A DNA stretch of 63,987 nt, counting the filler, from Octopus bimaculoides (taxonomy: Eukaryota), in the NCBI RefSeq assembly GCF_001194135.2. It is 6 parts of 6 records of this genome, joined end to end, with 100 filler letters (N's around TTAATTAATTAA, not from the genome) between each part and the next. Parts side by side here need not be neighbours in the genome. Positions count along the whole stretch, not along the records: positions 1 to 16,165 come from NC_068993.1; 5 more parts are not named here. One strand, 5' to 3'. The notes under the pieces were generated by a model, which did no database searches, was not told the origin of the DNA, and saw only the letters and a program-made list of their open reading frames with translations. Positions 1 to 12,149 of this stretch are shown here, in pieces. Both the position numbers and the translations under genes were made by a program. The first letter of the stretch is position 1. Every line of letters starts with the position of its first letter.

Positions 1-36
<36 letters not shown>

Positions 37-374
37 CGCACATACATACGTACCTATACATACGTACGTGTTTCTGTGTGTGTACTTGTATATGTGTGTG
101 TGCGTGTTTCTGCGTGTGTGTGTGTGTATTTATGTATACAAGCTTATATATCAATATATCCGTAAAATTTAACATGTTTCAATCATTAGATTGCGACCAT
201 GTTACGCAACCATCTTAAAGAATTTCACTCGCGAAGGAATCGATCCGAATTAGAACCTTGCACCTATTCTGTCTGGTCTTTTTGGCGAATCAGTAAATGA
301 GTCGGGCTTAAACAGAGCAACACCAATTGTGAAGCAGTGGTGGGAGACAAAGTGAGACCGAAAGTGAAGCGCAT

Positions 375-409
<35 letters not shown>

Positions 410-1038
410 AATACACATACACTCATACATATATGTGTGTTTGTCCGCGTGTGTGTCTGTGTATGTGTGTGTGTGCTTGTGTGTAAGTATTTGAAATTTA
501 TACAATTTCGCGAGGTGTGATATATTCCAAGTAGTTATCAAGTTTACGATATTGATGATTTTTCAACACAAATAGACTGCCGAAAACTTATGTCCAATGA
601 CCTTTCAGAACTTTTGAATGAATGCCGATGTTGTCTGAATCTTGATTTAAATGTATTCCTAGTTAGTTTAAATAAAAATATGTACAAAGTCAATTAATCG
701 CTTTACACGCATATTGAAATATTGATTTCGAATTACATCATTTTGTAACAAATTTACGTGGTTAAGATTAATAATTTCAGGAATAGAAAATATCGAATGT
801 GACTAATCTTCATATTATTTGTTAATTCCGAAGCAATATCTTGTACATATATATAACTGAATGTAGTTTGGCATTGTCCTTATTTAAAATTGTAAAAATA
901 TCTGGGTGGGGTTCAGAAAGTACATGTCTAATTATTAAAAAAAATATTGATCTTTGTATTTACATTGAAATTGAATGGAGCATTTATCCAAATAATTTCA
1001 AGTTTTCAGTTCTCCCGTGTCTCAGAATTAATATTATT

Positions 1039-1095
<57 letters not shown>

Positions 1096-1651
1096 GTATG
1101 TTTTATATTTACAACCACTTTGTTTTAATACTTCATTATAATAAATCGAAGCTATGTTGAACGGTGATATATGAGATAATATATAAGTCTATACAAATAT
1201 TTTCCTCCAATATATTTAATTTAGAATGTGGATGGATTGAAGCGATATTTATGTGGCCTATGTTTTCACTTAGCTTCCTGAGAGATAAGAAGAATCTAAC
1301 AACTATGTAGATATAGATTTATAACATGAGTAATTTTTACTTGTAAGATTTTTAAATAAACAGAATGTTCGTTTTCATTTCTTTTTCTTTTCATTCTCAA
1401 ACAAACTGATAAGTATAAATACTTTGTAATGAAGGACCGGATTACACGGGTAAGCCACACTGAATAATTAAACTCATTAAGTAAGAAGAGTAGAATAGAA
1501 AGACCAATAAACACACAACTCTCCCTAAAGTCATGGCTGTCTCGATTATATTCGTTGTATTGTGTTCACTTTTCTTTCCATATATTGTCATGTTCTGTAT
1601 TTCATTCCTAAATCTCTCTTTTGTATGTTTGTCATTCTTGCATTGCATCTT

Positions 1652-1668
1652 TATCTATCTATCTATCC

Positions 1669-1734
<66 letters not shown>
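1652..1734. repeat. (ATCT)n microsatellite (one of dozens of AT, AC, ATAC, ATCT, AAT, AG and CAG arrays)
   Basis: Directly visible. Other examples: (GATA)n 3251-3327, (CAG)n 16420-16464, (TG)n 51557-51637, (AG)n 57016-57072, (AT)-rich 62690-63010. Confidence 0.97.
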
Positions 1735-3250
1735 TCATGTGTTAGGGTGACTGCTTGTGGGTGCGTGCGCAAGTATGTGCATATATATGTGCGTGTGTGT
1801 TTGTGTGTGAGACTGTGTGCTTGTGTGCGTGACTGTGTGTGTGACTGTGTGCGTGACTGTGTGTGCGTATATATATGTATATATATATATATAGATAGAT
1901 AGATAAATATAAATGGATATAAATATATGTAAAAGTATAGAATATATATACACATACAGATATTTATCTATATATTATATATATTTATATATACATACAC
2001 ATACGTATATGTATCCACATATATACATACACATACGTATATGCATGCACATATATACCTACACACACAAACACACACACTCACAACATATACATACACT
2101 TATATATATACATACATTTCAACAAGAATAGTTAATATGAATAAAAATTAAAGATGGCCACACAGAAAAGAAATATTACTTATATGTTATTTCACATGAT
2201 TTTATTATATTGTCTGCCTGAATGCTTCCTCACAATATTGGTTTGCTTTCAATGTGTTCTTTGACTCCATAGTTTTATATACACCAATTCAGTCATATTT
2301 GGTTTGTTTATACTGTCATTCTTTCTTACTGTATATTTATTTCTATAATTCCCAATTTTTGTTAGTTTTTTTTTTCCTTTTTTTTTTTGTGGCCTCCTTA
2401 TTTATATTTCAGATCTTCTGTCTGTCTTTTTCCGCTCTGCTTGGTGGTATTCCGTTTGTGTGCGTGTGTGTCTGTATGTGTGTGTTTTAGGTGTTTGTTT
2501 GTACTTTTGGTGGAGAAATGAGAATGATGTCGTTTTTCTTATCATGTCCAATAATATTTCTGGTTTCTGTGTTTTTCGTCGGTTATGTTTTTTTTTTTTT
2601 TTCCTCTCTTGCATTTATATTATTCTTTGCACAATTGCTAACCTTCTTTTGTTCCAGCGATCAGTTTTCCGACTTTCAATCGATTGCCCTTTCTCTTTCT
2701 CCCTCTCTCACTTTCTTCATCTTTCACCCTATATATATATANNNNNNNNNNNNNNNNNNNNNNNNNNNNNNNNNNNNNNNNNNNNNNNNNNNNNNNNNNN
2801 NNNNNNNNNNNNNNNNNNNNNNNNNNNNNNNNNNNNNNNNNNNNNNNNNNNNNNNNNNNNNNNNNNNNNNNNNNNNNNNNNNNNNNNNNNNNNNNNNNNN
2901 NNNNNNNNNNNNNNNNNNNNNNNNNNNNNNNNNNNNNNNNNNNNNNNNNNNNNNNNNNNNNNNNNNNNNNNNNNNNNNNNNNNNNNNNNNNNNNNNNNNN
3001 NNNNNNNNNNNNNNNNNNNNNNNNNNNNNNNNNNNNNNNNNNNNNNNNNNNNNNNNNNNNNNNNNNNNNNNNNNNNNNNNNNNNNNNNNNNNNNNNNNNN
3101 NNNNNNNNNNNNNNNNNNNNNNNNNNNNNNNNNNNNNNNNNNNNNNNNNNNNNNNNNNNNNNNNNNNNNNNNNNNNNNNNNNNNNNNNNNNNNNNNNNNN
3201 NNNNNNNNNNNNNNNNNNNNNNNNNNNNNNNNNNNNNNNNNNNNNNATAT

Positions 3251-3328
<78 letters not shown>

Positions 3329-3770
3329 GTACCCGCCCATTCATAAATACATGCAAGCATGCATAAATAAAATCCGATATGTAAGCGGAACAGTAAAAGT
3401 GCGCAAGAATTTTCAAAAGTTCGCGATGTGATTCGGCTTTGTGTACATTCCCACTCTGGAGACTTTGTGTTTTTCTTATAAACCAGCTCCTTTCCTTGCA
3501 AAAAGACTGGAAACAATTAAAGATAGAAGAAAACATACATACATACATACATACATACATACATACATACATACATACGTACGTACGTACGTACGTACTT
3601 ACTCACACACACACACATGTTAATGTGGTTGGCCAGTAAAGTAATAAGAGTGTTGAATAGGGTACTTTGCAATCTTGTTGCAATATACGGCGGTCCACGT
3701 TCGATACCTAACGTAATTCATTTCAGAGGACGATAAAATATTCCCAAACTAATATTTGTGTAACCTATTA

Positions 3771-4128
3771 GTCTTTTCACCAACTGGTCTTTCACCAACT
3801 GGTCTTTCACCAACTGGTCTTTCACCAACTGGTCTTTCACCAACTGGTCTTTCACCAACTGGTCTTTTCACCAACTGGTCTTTCACCAACTGGTCTTTCA
3901 CCAACTGGTCTTTCACCAACTGGTCTTTCACCAACTGGTCTTTNNNNNNNNNNNNNNNNNNNNNNNNNNNNNNNNNNNNNNNNNNNNNNNNNNNNNNNNN
4001 NNNNNNNNNNNNNNNNNNNNNNNNNNNNNNNNNNNNAGTCTTTTCACCAACTGGTCTTTCACCAACTGGTCTTTCACCAACTGGTCTTTCACCAACTGGT
4101 CTTTCACCAACTGGTCTTTCACCAACTG
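3771..4128. repeat. 15-bp minisatellite (GTCTTTCACCAACTG)n
   Basis: 11 complete units before and 6 after a 93-N gap; nearly invariant apart from a 16-bp variant with an extra T. Confidence 0.97.
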
Positions 4129-4199
4129 CGATTAGCTGTTGCAATTGTTTATATGTATGTATGCTGATTTCAGATTTTGATGCAGAGTCAGCCATTTTG

Positions 4200-4305
4200 G
4201 TGGGGGTGAGGGCAAATCGATTACATCGACCCCAGTGCGAAACAGGCATTTATTTTATTGACGCCGAAAGGAGGAAAGGCAAAAGTCAACATCGGCGAAA
4301 TTTTA
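4200..4305 (-). mobile_element. SINE family B fragment
   Basis: TCGATTACATCGACCCCAG...GAAAGGAGGAAAGGCAAAAGTCAACATCGGCG. Confidence 0.65.
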
Positions 4306-4439
4306 ATTCAGACTGTAAAAACGGTTAGAAAATTAGTGAATGCTTCCACACTGTGGCACTTGGATCCATGATCTCATGACAAATCTATAAAATTTCTCAT
4401 GGTTTCTTCTTTCATTTAAGCTAAAATAAATATATTTTG

Positions 4440-5395
4440 CTTTTAAAATAAAAAAAAAGTTATTTTGATCTAAACTTGATTGGAGGCGTTCTTACAGGGA
4501 CCAGTCCCCTTCAAAAATGTTAACAGTTTTCAATTAAATTAAGAACTAAATTAGCGACAAAGCTCTGAAAGATGCTGCGTGTGAGTAAAATGCAGCCTTA
4601 CCGTAGCAGAATGATTTTTTGAGAAGTCTTAAAAACAGAGAAATTCCTGTCAATGTAAACTACTACGATTCTGTTTCTCATATCAGATATTACGGGACTG
4701 TGTTTACACGATATAATTGCATTAATTAATACAGATGGCGTAATTAAACTAATTGCAAATTATCGGTGTCGTTGATAATTTTTCCTTACCTCAGTAATGC
4801 CGGTGATATATATAAAAGTCCCCTTATAGAACTATATTCATACAAAAGTATAGAACTATATTATCACCCTCAAATTTGAGAAACAAACACTCATAACTGT
4901 TTTCTTTTAAAATTTCATTGCATGAGATTGATACCATGAAATTCCTCGGATTGAGCTCTATCATTTAAGCTTAATTAAAATATTGTTTATTTTTAAAATA
5001 GAAAAGTTAATTATACTTAAATCCAATTTTTGGCTTACTTATATTTTTTTCATGATATTTTCTCACAACTTTTTTTTAATACAAATTTTTAATTCCTCAT
5101 ACTTTCTTCTATCATTGAAATTAAGATGAACATGCTTTGCTTCTAAAATAAAAATAAAAATGTTATTTAGATCTAAACTTGATTGGAGGCGTTAGTTACT
5201 CTCCTATAACGTTGCTACAAATTTCGTTACAAACTTTTTTCCACTGGACCAAATCTCATTTTGTTTTTAATGCCAAAATGTAGCTAGGGACCAGTCCTCC
5301 TCAAAACTGTTAAAACACTTTTCAATTTGGTTAAGAACTGAATTAGCGACAAATCTTTGAAAGATGCTGTATGTGAGTAAATTGCGGCCGTAAGC
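4440..5395. repeat. Diverged direct repeat pair
   Basis: GATCTAAACTTGATTGGAGGCGTT and AGGGACCAGTCC...AATTAGCGACAAA...GAAAGATGCTG occur at ~4465-4590 and ~5169-5380. Confidence 0.85.
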
Positions 5396-6889
5396 ATATT
5401 ATTCAACTACGGTAGTAGTTGAACGATATTTTTGTCATATTTTGACAACGCATTGTGGGTCAAAAAAGATATAACACATTTTGGAAGTTCAAATACTTGC
5501 AATATTTTCCGCAACTATTTACAACTCAACTCATTATATTTTTTTACCAGTAATCCATCCAAAATTCTAGATAATTTTTTGAGGGTATTGTAAAGCAATA
5601 ATGGGTATATAATCTTACGTAACCTTATCAACCAGAAAATTAATGTATTTACGAGAAATCTGCTTAATTTATTTAAAGACTTGTACTTCTAAATTACAGC
5701 AGCCATTAATCTTAATTTAGACAATTTTCTTGATACCGCTTTAAACTTAGAGACGTGTGAACACCATCCTTATAGGAAACTAAATGGAATATTGCAGAAT
5801 ACACGCAAGAATTTGAGCCGCCCAAGCAGCTTTGTTTAAAAATGCATCTAAAACTATTTGACTTCGCATTTGACTTCGTAAGAAGAAGATTCAATTAATA
5901 ATGTAGAGATCCCAACAATTAACATTTCACTGGGGATAATTTTACGAATATTTATATACAATGAATTTATAGTTTATAGATGGATCTATACTTCAGTTTT
6001 ATTTCAAGATTTCTTGCCGATATAGAAAGAGTCAGTTTCTAAGCTAGATCCCGTTAGAGCCGGTTTCTAACCTAGATAGAGCTGGTTTCTAACCTAGATC
6101 CAAGGCTCCTTCATTAGAACTTCAACATCAACAACAGAGTATTTTTGCATGTATGTATGTATGTATGTATGTATGTATGTATTTATGTATTTATACGTAC
6201 ACATTTGTATGTTTGTTTTATGTATGTCTTCTCATGCAATATACTTGCATATCTAGACATACACAAACATACTTAAATGATACTACACTTCTGGAAAGTT
6301 TTACAGATCTTTGCAGTTCCGGTGATGGACAGTATTTGTAGTCTTTGAGTCAGCTTTCTTTTTTCTCGTTTTAAGAAGTCTAATTTCTCAAGATTGGTAT
6401 TTAGGCAGTGTGTTACATATCCCAATGCCCCAATAATTACAGATATAAAGCCTGGGCTTGTAATCTGGACAGAGTAACTGCAGATTTCTCAATAGTTCAG
6501 CGTAGGTATTCTCTTTTTCACCGATTTTCTGCTCTAGCTTTATAGTGATATATGTCTGTCTGTCTGTATGTATGTATGTATGCATGTATGGCTCAAATAT
6601 TTATTTCGACAAGCACCGTCAAGGAGATAATCTGATTTACAGATGTATGGCATAATATCTGATATCATCAATGTTAAGCAGATGGCACATGTTGACTGAA
6701 ACGATTGCCTCTGCAGCATTTTGTCATTAACAAGGCAAGAATAGACCAGTTGTGGATTAGAGCGATGTTGATGAACTTGTAAATTTTTAATGCGGGACGT
6801 TTAATAATGGTTGTTGTATTAAAATCCGTTGTATATTGTTTTTGCTGTTTCGTTATTGGCCATGTTTTGTTTCCTCTGCTGTGGTTGCG

Positions 6890-8264
6890 TTGACGGAAGA
6901 CGGAGGAGGTTAAAGATGGGTCGTATGTTATTTATGTGGCGGTCGTGCGTTGCAATTGGTGTTGGTGGTTGTGCTGATGCTGTTGTTTTTGCTGCCGTTG
7001 TTGTTATTGTTGTTGTTCTGGTTGTTGTTGTTGCTGGTGGTGGTTGTGGTGGTGGTGGCGTGGTGGTGGTGGTGGTGATGGTGGTGGTGGCGCGGTGGTG
7101 GAAGTNNNNNNNNNNNNNNNNNNNNNNNNNNNNNNNNNNNNNNNNNNNNNNNNNNNNNNNNNNNNNNNNNNNNNNNNNNNNNNNNNNNNNNNNNNNNNNN
7201 NNNNNNNNNNNNNNNNNNNNNNNNNNNNNNNNNNNNNNNNNNNNNNNNNNNNNNNNNNNNNNNNNGTGGTGGTAGTGGTGGTGGTTTTGGCTTTGATGAT
7301 GGTGTCAGTGTTAACGGTGGTAGTGGTGATGCTGGTGTTGGTAGGGACGGTGTAGGGGGTAGAGGCGATAGTAGCGATAGAGGTAGCAGTGAAGGTGGTG
7401 GTGGTAGTAGAGGTGGTAGTAGTGATGACTGAGGGTCGTGGCAGTGGTGATAATTGTAGTAGTAGTAGTAGTAGTAGTAGTAGTGATGATGTCAATGGCT
7501 GGGATGATGTCTGAGATGGCGGCGATGGCGGCTCTAGTGTTGGTGCTAGTATTGAGGTGACCGTAGTGGTAGTGACGATGGTAGCAGTAGTGTTAGGTGT
7601 AGTGGAGGTGGGGGCGGTGGTGGTGTTAGTGAAGAGGTGATGGGAGAGGGTCCATAAATTTAAATGATGTAAACAGGCCTCGATTGTCATCGCACACAAG
7701 TCCTCGATTAAATTGGTTGAATTTTTAATTATTTGGACGAGTGGTGGTGGTACCGGTATGTGCTGGGGTGGCGGCTGCGGTGACGGTGGTGATGGTGGTG
7801 GTAACGGCAGTGGTGGCGGCGATGGTTTTGGCGGTAGTGAAGTTGGCGTGTCTGGATGAGGTGCGGGTGGGTATTCATTGGTACTGGGGACAGGAACGGA
7901 AGCGGACGCGGCACAGGCGGTGATGATGGTAGGGGTGGCGACAGTGGCCGGTGACAGTGGCGGCTCGGTGGTGCCATGGTGGTGGTGGTGGTGGTGGCAG
8001 TGGTGGCGACAGCAGTGACGACGACAGCAGTGATGGCAGCGGCATCTGGGCGGTGGCATCAAGGCAGCGCTGGGTGACAGCGACGGCTGTTGTGGTGACA
8101 GTAGAAGCACATGGATGAGGTGCGCAGACAGCAGTGTAGAGAGAGCGTTAGTGATAGAAGCTACGACATCTGCGGTTGTGTTGGTGGTGGTGCTGATGCA
8201 TGGGAGTGGTGATTTGAGATGATGATGATGGTGGTGGTGGTGATTGTGGTGGTGGTGGTGGTGC

Positions 8265-8305
<41 letters not shown>

Positions 8306-8340
8306 ATGATAGTGAGTGTAGTGATGGTGTTAGCGATCTT
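6890..8340. repeat. Cryptic triplet low-complexity tract (GGT/GTT/GAT-rich)
   Basis: Degenerate (GGT)n, (GTT)n, (GAT)n and (GCT)n runs that produce Thr/Pro/His-rich ORFs on the minus strand. Confidence 0.85.
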
Positions 8341-8475
8341 CCCAAAGTGTTTTTTCTGTTGGCATTTACTGGTATCGTTGCTATAATTTGTGGCCATAAC
8401 GTTATTCTTGCTGATTAGAAACCCTGGGCGGATCGAACAGAGATGCATAATCAAAGATGTTCGAACCATGTCCAT

Positions 8476-8920
8476 GTGTTGTAAGAAGTTTGCTTCCCAC
8501 CCACACGGTTCCGGGTTCAATCCCTCTGTGTCAACACCTTCGGCAAGTGTCTTCTACTATAGCCTCGGGACTTGTGAGTAGATTTGATAGACAGAAACTG
8601 AAAGAAGCTCGTCGTATATATAGGTATATATTTATGGGTGTTTCTGTGTTTATTCCCCCACCATCGCTTGACAACAGCTGTTAGTGTGTTTATGTCCCCG
8701 TAACTTAGCGATTCGGCAAAAGAGATCGTAATTCCTGCGGTCGATTCTTCGAATGAAAAACCTTTGGTCATCAAACACAGACACAAAGACAGTGTTGTTA
8801 CGCTTAAGTTCCCCTATCGAATTGGTTCAGCTAAAAGGCTAAAAGGAATAAGAATTTGGCTTAAAGAAAAAATTACTGAGGTCGATCCATTCGATTAAGA
8901 TTCCTCAAAGTGGTGCTACA
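8476..8920 (+). mobile_element. tRNA-derived SINE family A, degraded
   Basis: B-box GGTTCCGGGTTCAATCCC; GGCAAGTGTCTTCTACTATAGCCTCGGG; CATCGCTTGACAAC body shared with 19003 and 20232. Confidence 0.8.
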
Positions 8921-9321
8921 CATAAACATCCGTGGTGACAAACTGCGTATCCAATCTAATTAAATCGAGCTAATAAATCCAGTGCTGAGTAGAACGTTAA
9001 AATTATAAAAGAATGGTGGCTATTTCGTGCATATACTATATCTATATGCATATCAACATACACGATTAATTATCCACGATTAAATATCCATGCCTTATCC
9101 ATTTTCAATAACATGAATGATCATATACATCATTAATATAATATTTATTAGTGATATATTATCATATATACTCCTAGTAAATTATCGTATATCTCGAACA
9201 AATTACCAGTTGTATTACATAAATTACCATATATGTTAATTATATATTGCTACATACATTACATAAATTATCATATATATTACTCATTAGATTTCTCATG
9301 CATTATGTACATTAAACCTTT

Positions 9322-9690
9322 ATTCTTAAGTCTTTGGACTACGGCCATTCTGGGGCACAGTGTTGAAGGGTTATTGTCAAACGAATGATCCCCAATATTA
9401 ATTTTTTTTCTCAAGTCTGGCACTTACTATATCGGAGTCTCCCGCCGAGCCGCTAATTTAGGACGACACATGCAAAAGAATCCGGTTATCAAGCGGTACT
9501 AGGGAGCAAACACGCACACACACACACACACATACACACATATATATATACGCGGTAGGCTTCTTTTAGGTTCCGTCAACCAAATCCACTCGGCTCGGCC
9601 CTGGTCTAGTAGAATACACATGCCCAAGGTGCCCCACGGTGGGACTGAACCCATAACCGTATGTCTGGGAAGCAAATTTCTTACAACGCA
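9322..9690 (-). mobile_element. SINE family A
   Basis: Reverse complement of the family A head and body, with an internal (CA)/(TA) tract. Confidence 0.78.
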
Positions 9691-10093
9691 GATTTCATTC
9701 ATTCTCAAGAATATTCGTTCCATTCGTTACAGTTGCCNNNNNNNNNNNNNNNNNNNNNNNNNNNNNNNNNNNNNNNNNNNNNNNNNNNNNNNNNNNNNNN
9801 NNNNNNNNNNNNNNNNNNNNNNNNNNNNNNNNNNNNNNNNNNNNNNNNNNNNNNNNNNNNNNNNNNNNNNNNNNNNNNNNNNNNNNNNNNNNNNNNNNNN
9901 NNNNNNNNNNNNNNNNNNNNNNNNNNNNNNNNNNNNNNNNNNNNNNNNNNNATATATGTGCGTGTGTGTGTGTGTGTATGCGCGCGCGCGCGCGTGTGTG
10001 TGTACTTATGCATTTATATCGTCGCATGCATGTGTATGTCTGTGTACATATACGTAGATTCGTATGTATGCATGCATTCATTTGTGTGTGTGT

Positions 10094-10132
<39 letters not shown>

Positions 10133-10600
10133 CATGCTTGTGCGTGTATATGTCGCATTGAATATGTTATTCCTGTTTGTGCATGTATGTGTGTGTCGCA
10201 AAGAGGTTAACAGTACAATGTAATATGTAGACGCATGCGTTGAATGCTATGGTGGCGGGGGTGCAGTGGAGGAAACCCGGTGATCTCCACCAAGGAGAAC
10301 ATAAAATAGGGATTTCCTCTTGTCATAGAATATGTATAGGGGAGGAGCAGGAAGTATTTGCAATGTGTGTTTAGGGGTGGAGAATAAGTCAAACTCCTTT
10401 AAAATGTGTCTGGAAGGGGGAGAGACGTTTAGGAAACAGACAGGCAGGCAGCAGGGTTAGGAAAGGGCCTTGAGGAATTTCTTTCTACAAAGAAGACAGA
10501 CAGGGCCTCTGGGAAACTGGAGATATGCCAACTAGTATTGTCTTCGACACTTGACGTTTCTCTATCATCATCAACAACAGCAGCGACGGGCAGTAGATGT

Positions 10601-10631
<31 letters not shown>

Positions 10632-11282
10632 GCAGCAGCGGTGGTAGCAGCAGTGGTAACAGCAGTAGCAGTAGTAGTAGCAATGCCATGGTCATTCCCC
10701 TCTTGATCTTCTTACTTCACCTCTTCAACGTCATGCTCATCATCATCATCATCATCACCATCGTTATTGTCATCATCATAACCAATAGTTGCAGCTGCTC
10801 CATATGAACTTCTCCTTCTCCTTCTCCCCTCTCCTCCTGTTCCTCCTCCTTCTCATCATCATCATCATCATCATCATTATCATCAGTTTTTTTTTATACT
10901 ATCAGCTCCACAATTACCACCACAACTTATAAACAGCAAAATTTGTACCCGGCTAAAATATTAGCATGTCCATGCCCTGGAATACCCAGTGCATGGGCAT
11001 GCTAACCCAGAAACGGGTGTAAGACTTCAAATTAAATTATTCTAAATGACTTGAGAAACTTGCTCTGACTTGGTTTTAATTTTTCCTGTAATATGATAAA
11101 CACTTGCTATAAAGGAACCTTAACACGGATCCCTAGATTCAGCCATAGGTGTGATCTTGGAACCTAACGGTCGACCTACTTACTGTAGTCCTTACCCAAC
11201 GTACCTATTCGTCTAGATCAAGAGTGAACTAAACCCCTCATATTCTATATATATATTGTAAACACTTCATAATCTCTCTCTG

Positions 11283-11347
<65 letters not shown>

Positions 11348-11942
11348 TGTGTACAAATAACACGGAAAAAAAAATAAATAGTAACCAGGGTAGCAAAAAT
11401 TCATATAAGTGCCAAGGATGTTACAGCCTACTTATGAAGGTAGAAAGTTAAGTGAAAGGTTCTTATATAACAGATAAATTAAAAAATGGAGTTAAACGCA
11501 GATATATATATATATATATATATATAAATACATACATACATACATACATACATACATACATACATAGACGCGTACTTTGACATATATATCTACATATGTA
11601 TATACCAGTATATATTTGTATTTTCTATACACACACGCACATATACGTGTGTGTGTGTTTTGTGTCTGCACACCAAATATATACATCTTTAAAAATTACA
11701 TATAATTTAGGCTGCATATTTTCATTCGCATCTATATGTATGTGTTCGCTCGCTTGTCTGTATGCATGTATGCGTGTCGTTTGTATTCTTGTATGCACAT
11801 AATTTCTTATCACTTGTGAAACCACCACCTTCGTGTCACACTGTGCCACACTATGACGTCTTCAGTGGTTTCACTGAATTATATACCACATCATATATAT
11901 ATATACACACTGTTATATACACATACACACAGATAAAGATGT

Positions 11943-12005
<63 letters not shown>

Positions 12006-12149
12006 AGGTTGCAGACTCACTCTTACGCATACATGCTCCCGTTCACTTTTCTCTCCCTCCACCGCGCCCCCGCGAATGCATATTCACACATTATGCACTT
12101 CTTCCACATAACAGCTCTAATTCCTTCAAGCCAGCTGCACTATTTCCAC

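Noticed and set aside
2460-3572. Long ORFs spanning N-gaps and microsatellites (also 12913-13914, 24284-25630, 46516-47388, 56300-57249, 60250-60960, 62650-63105)
   Set aside because: Their length comes from X runs and from YI/CV/LSIY/HT dipeptide or tetrapeptide repeats of simple sequence; there is no protein signal.
3771-4128. CRISPR array, or an LSPTG/GERPV repeat protein
   Set aside because: The units are contiguous with no unique spacers, no cas genes are present, the context is eukaryotic, and frame-breaking extra Ts argue against coding.
7004-8110. Mucin- or extensin-like protein gene (also 12157-12837)
   Set aside because: Overlapping open frames on both strands and pure triplet-repeat ancestry explain the ORFs; there is no signal peptide or splice structure. 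Kept only as a low-interest finding.
10207-10560. Purine-rich unique-looking block as an exon or promoter
   Set aside because: No convincing ORF, splice-site pair or recognisable motif.
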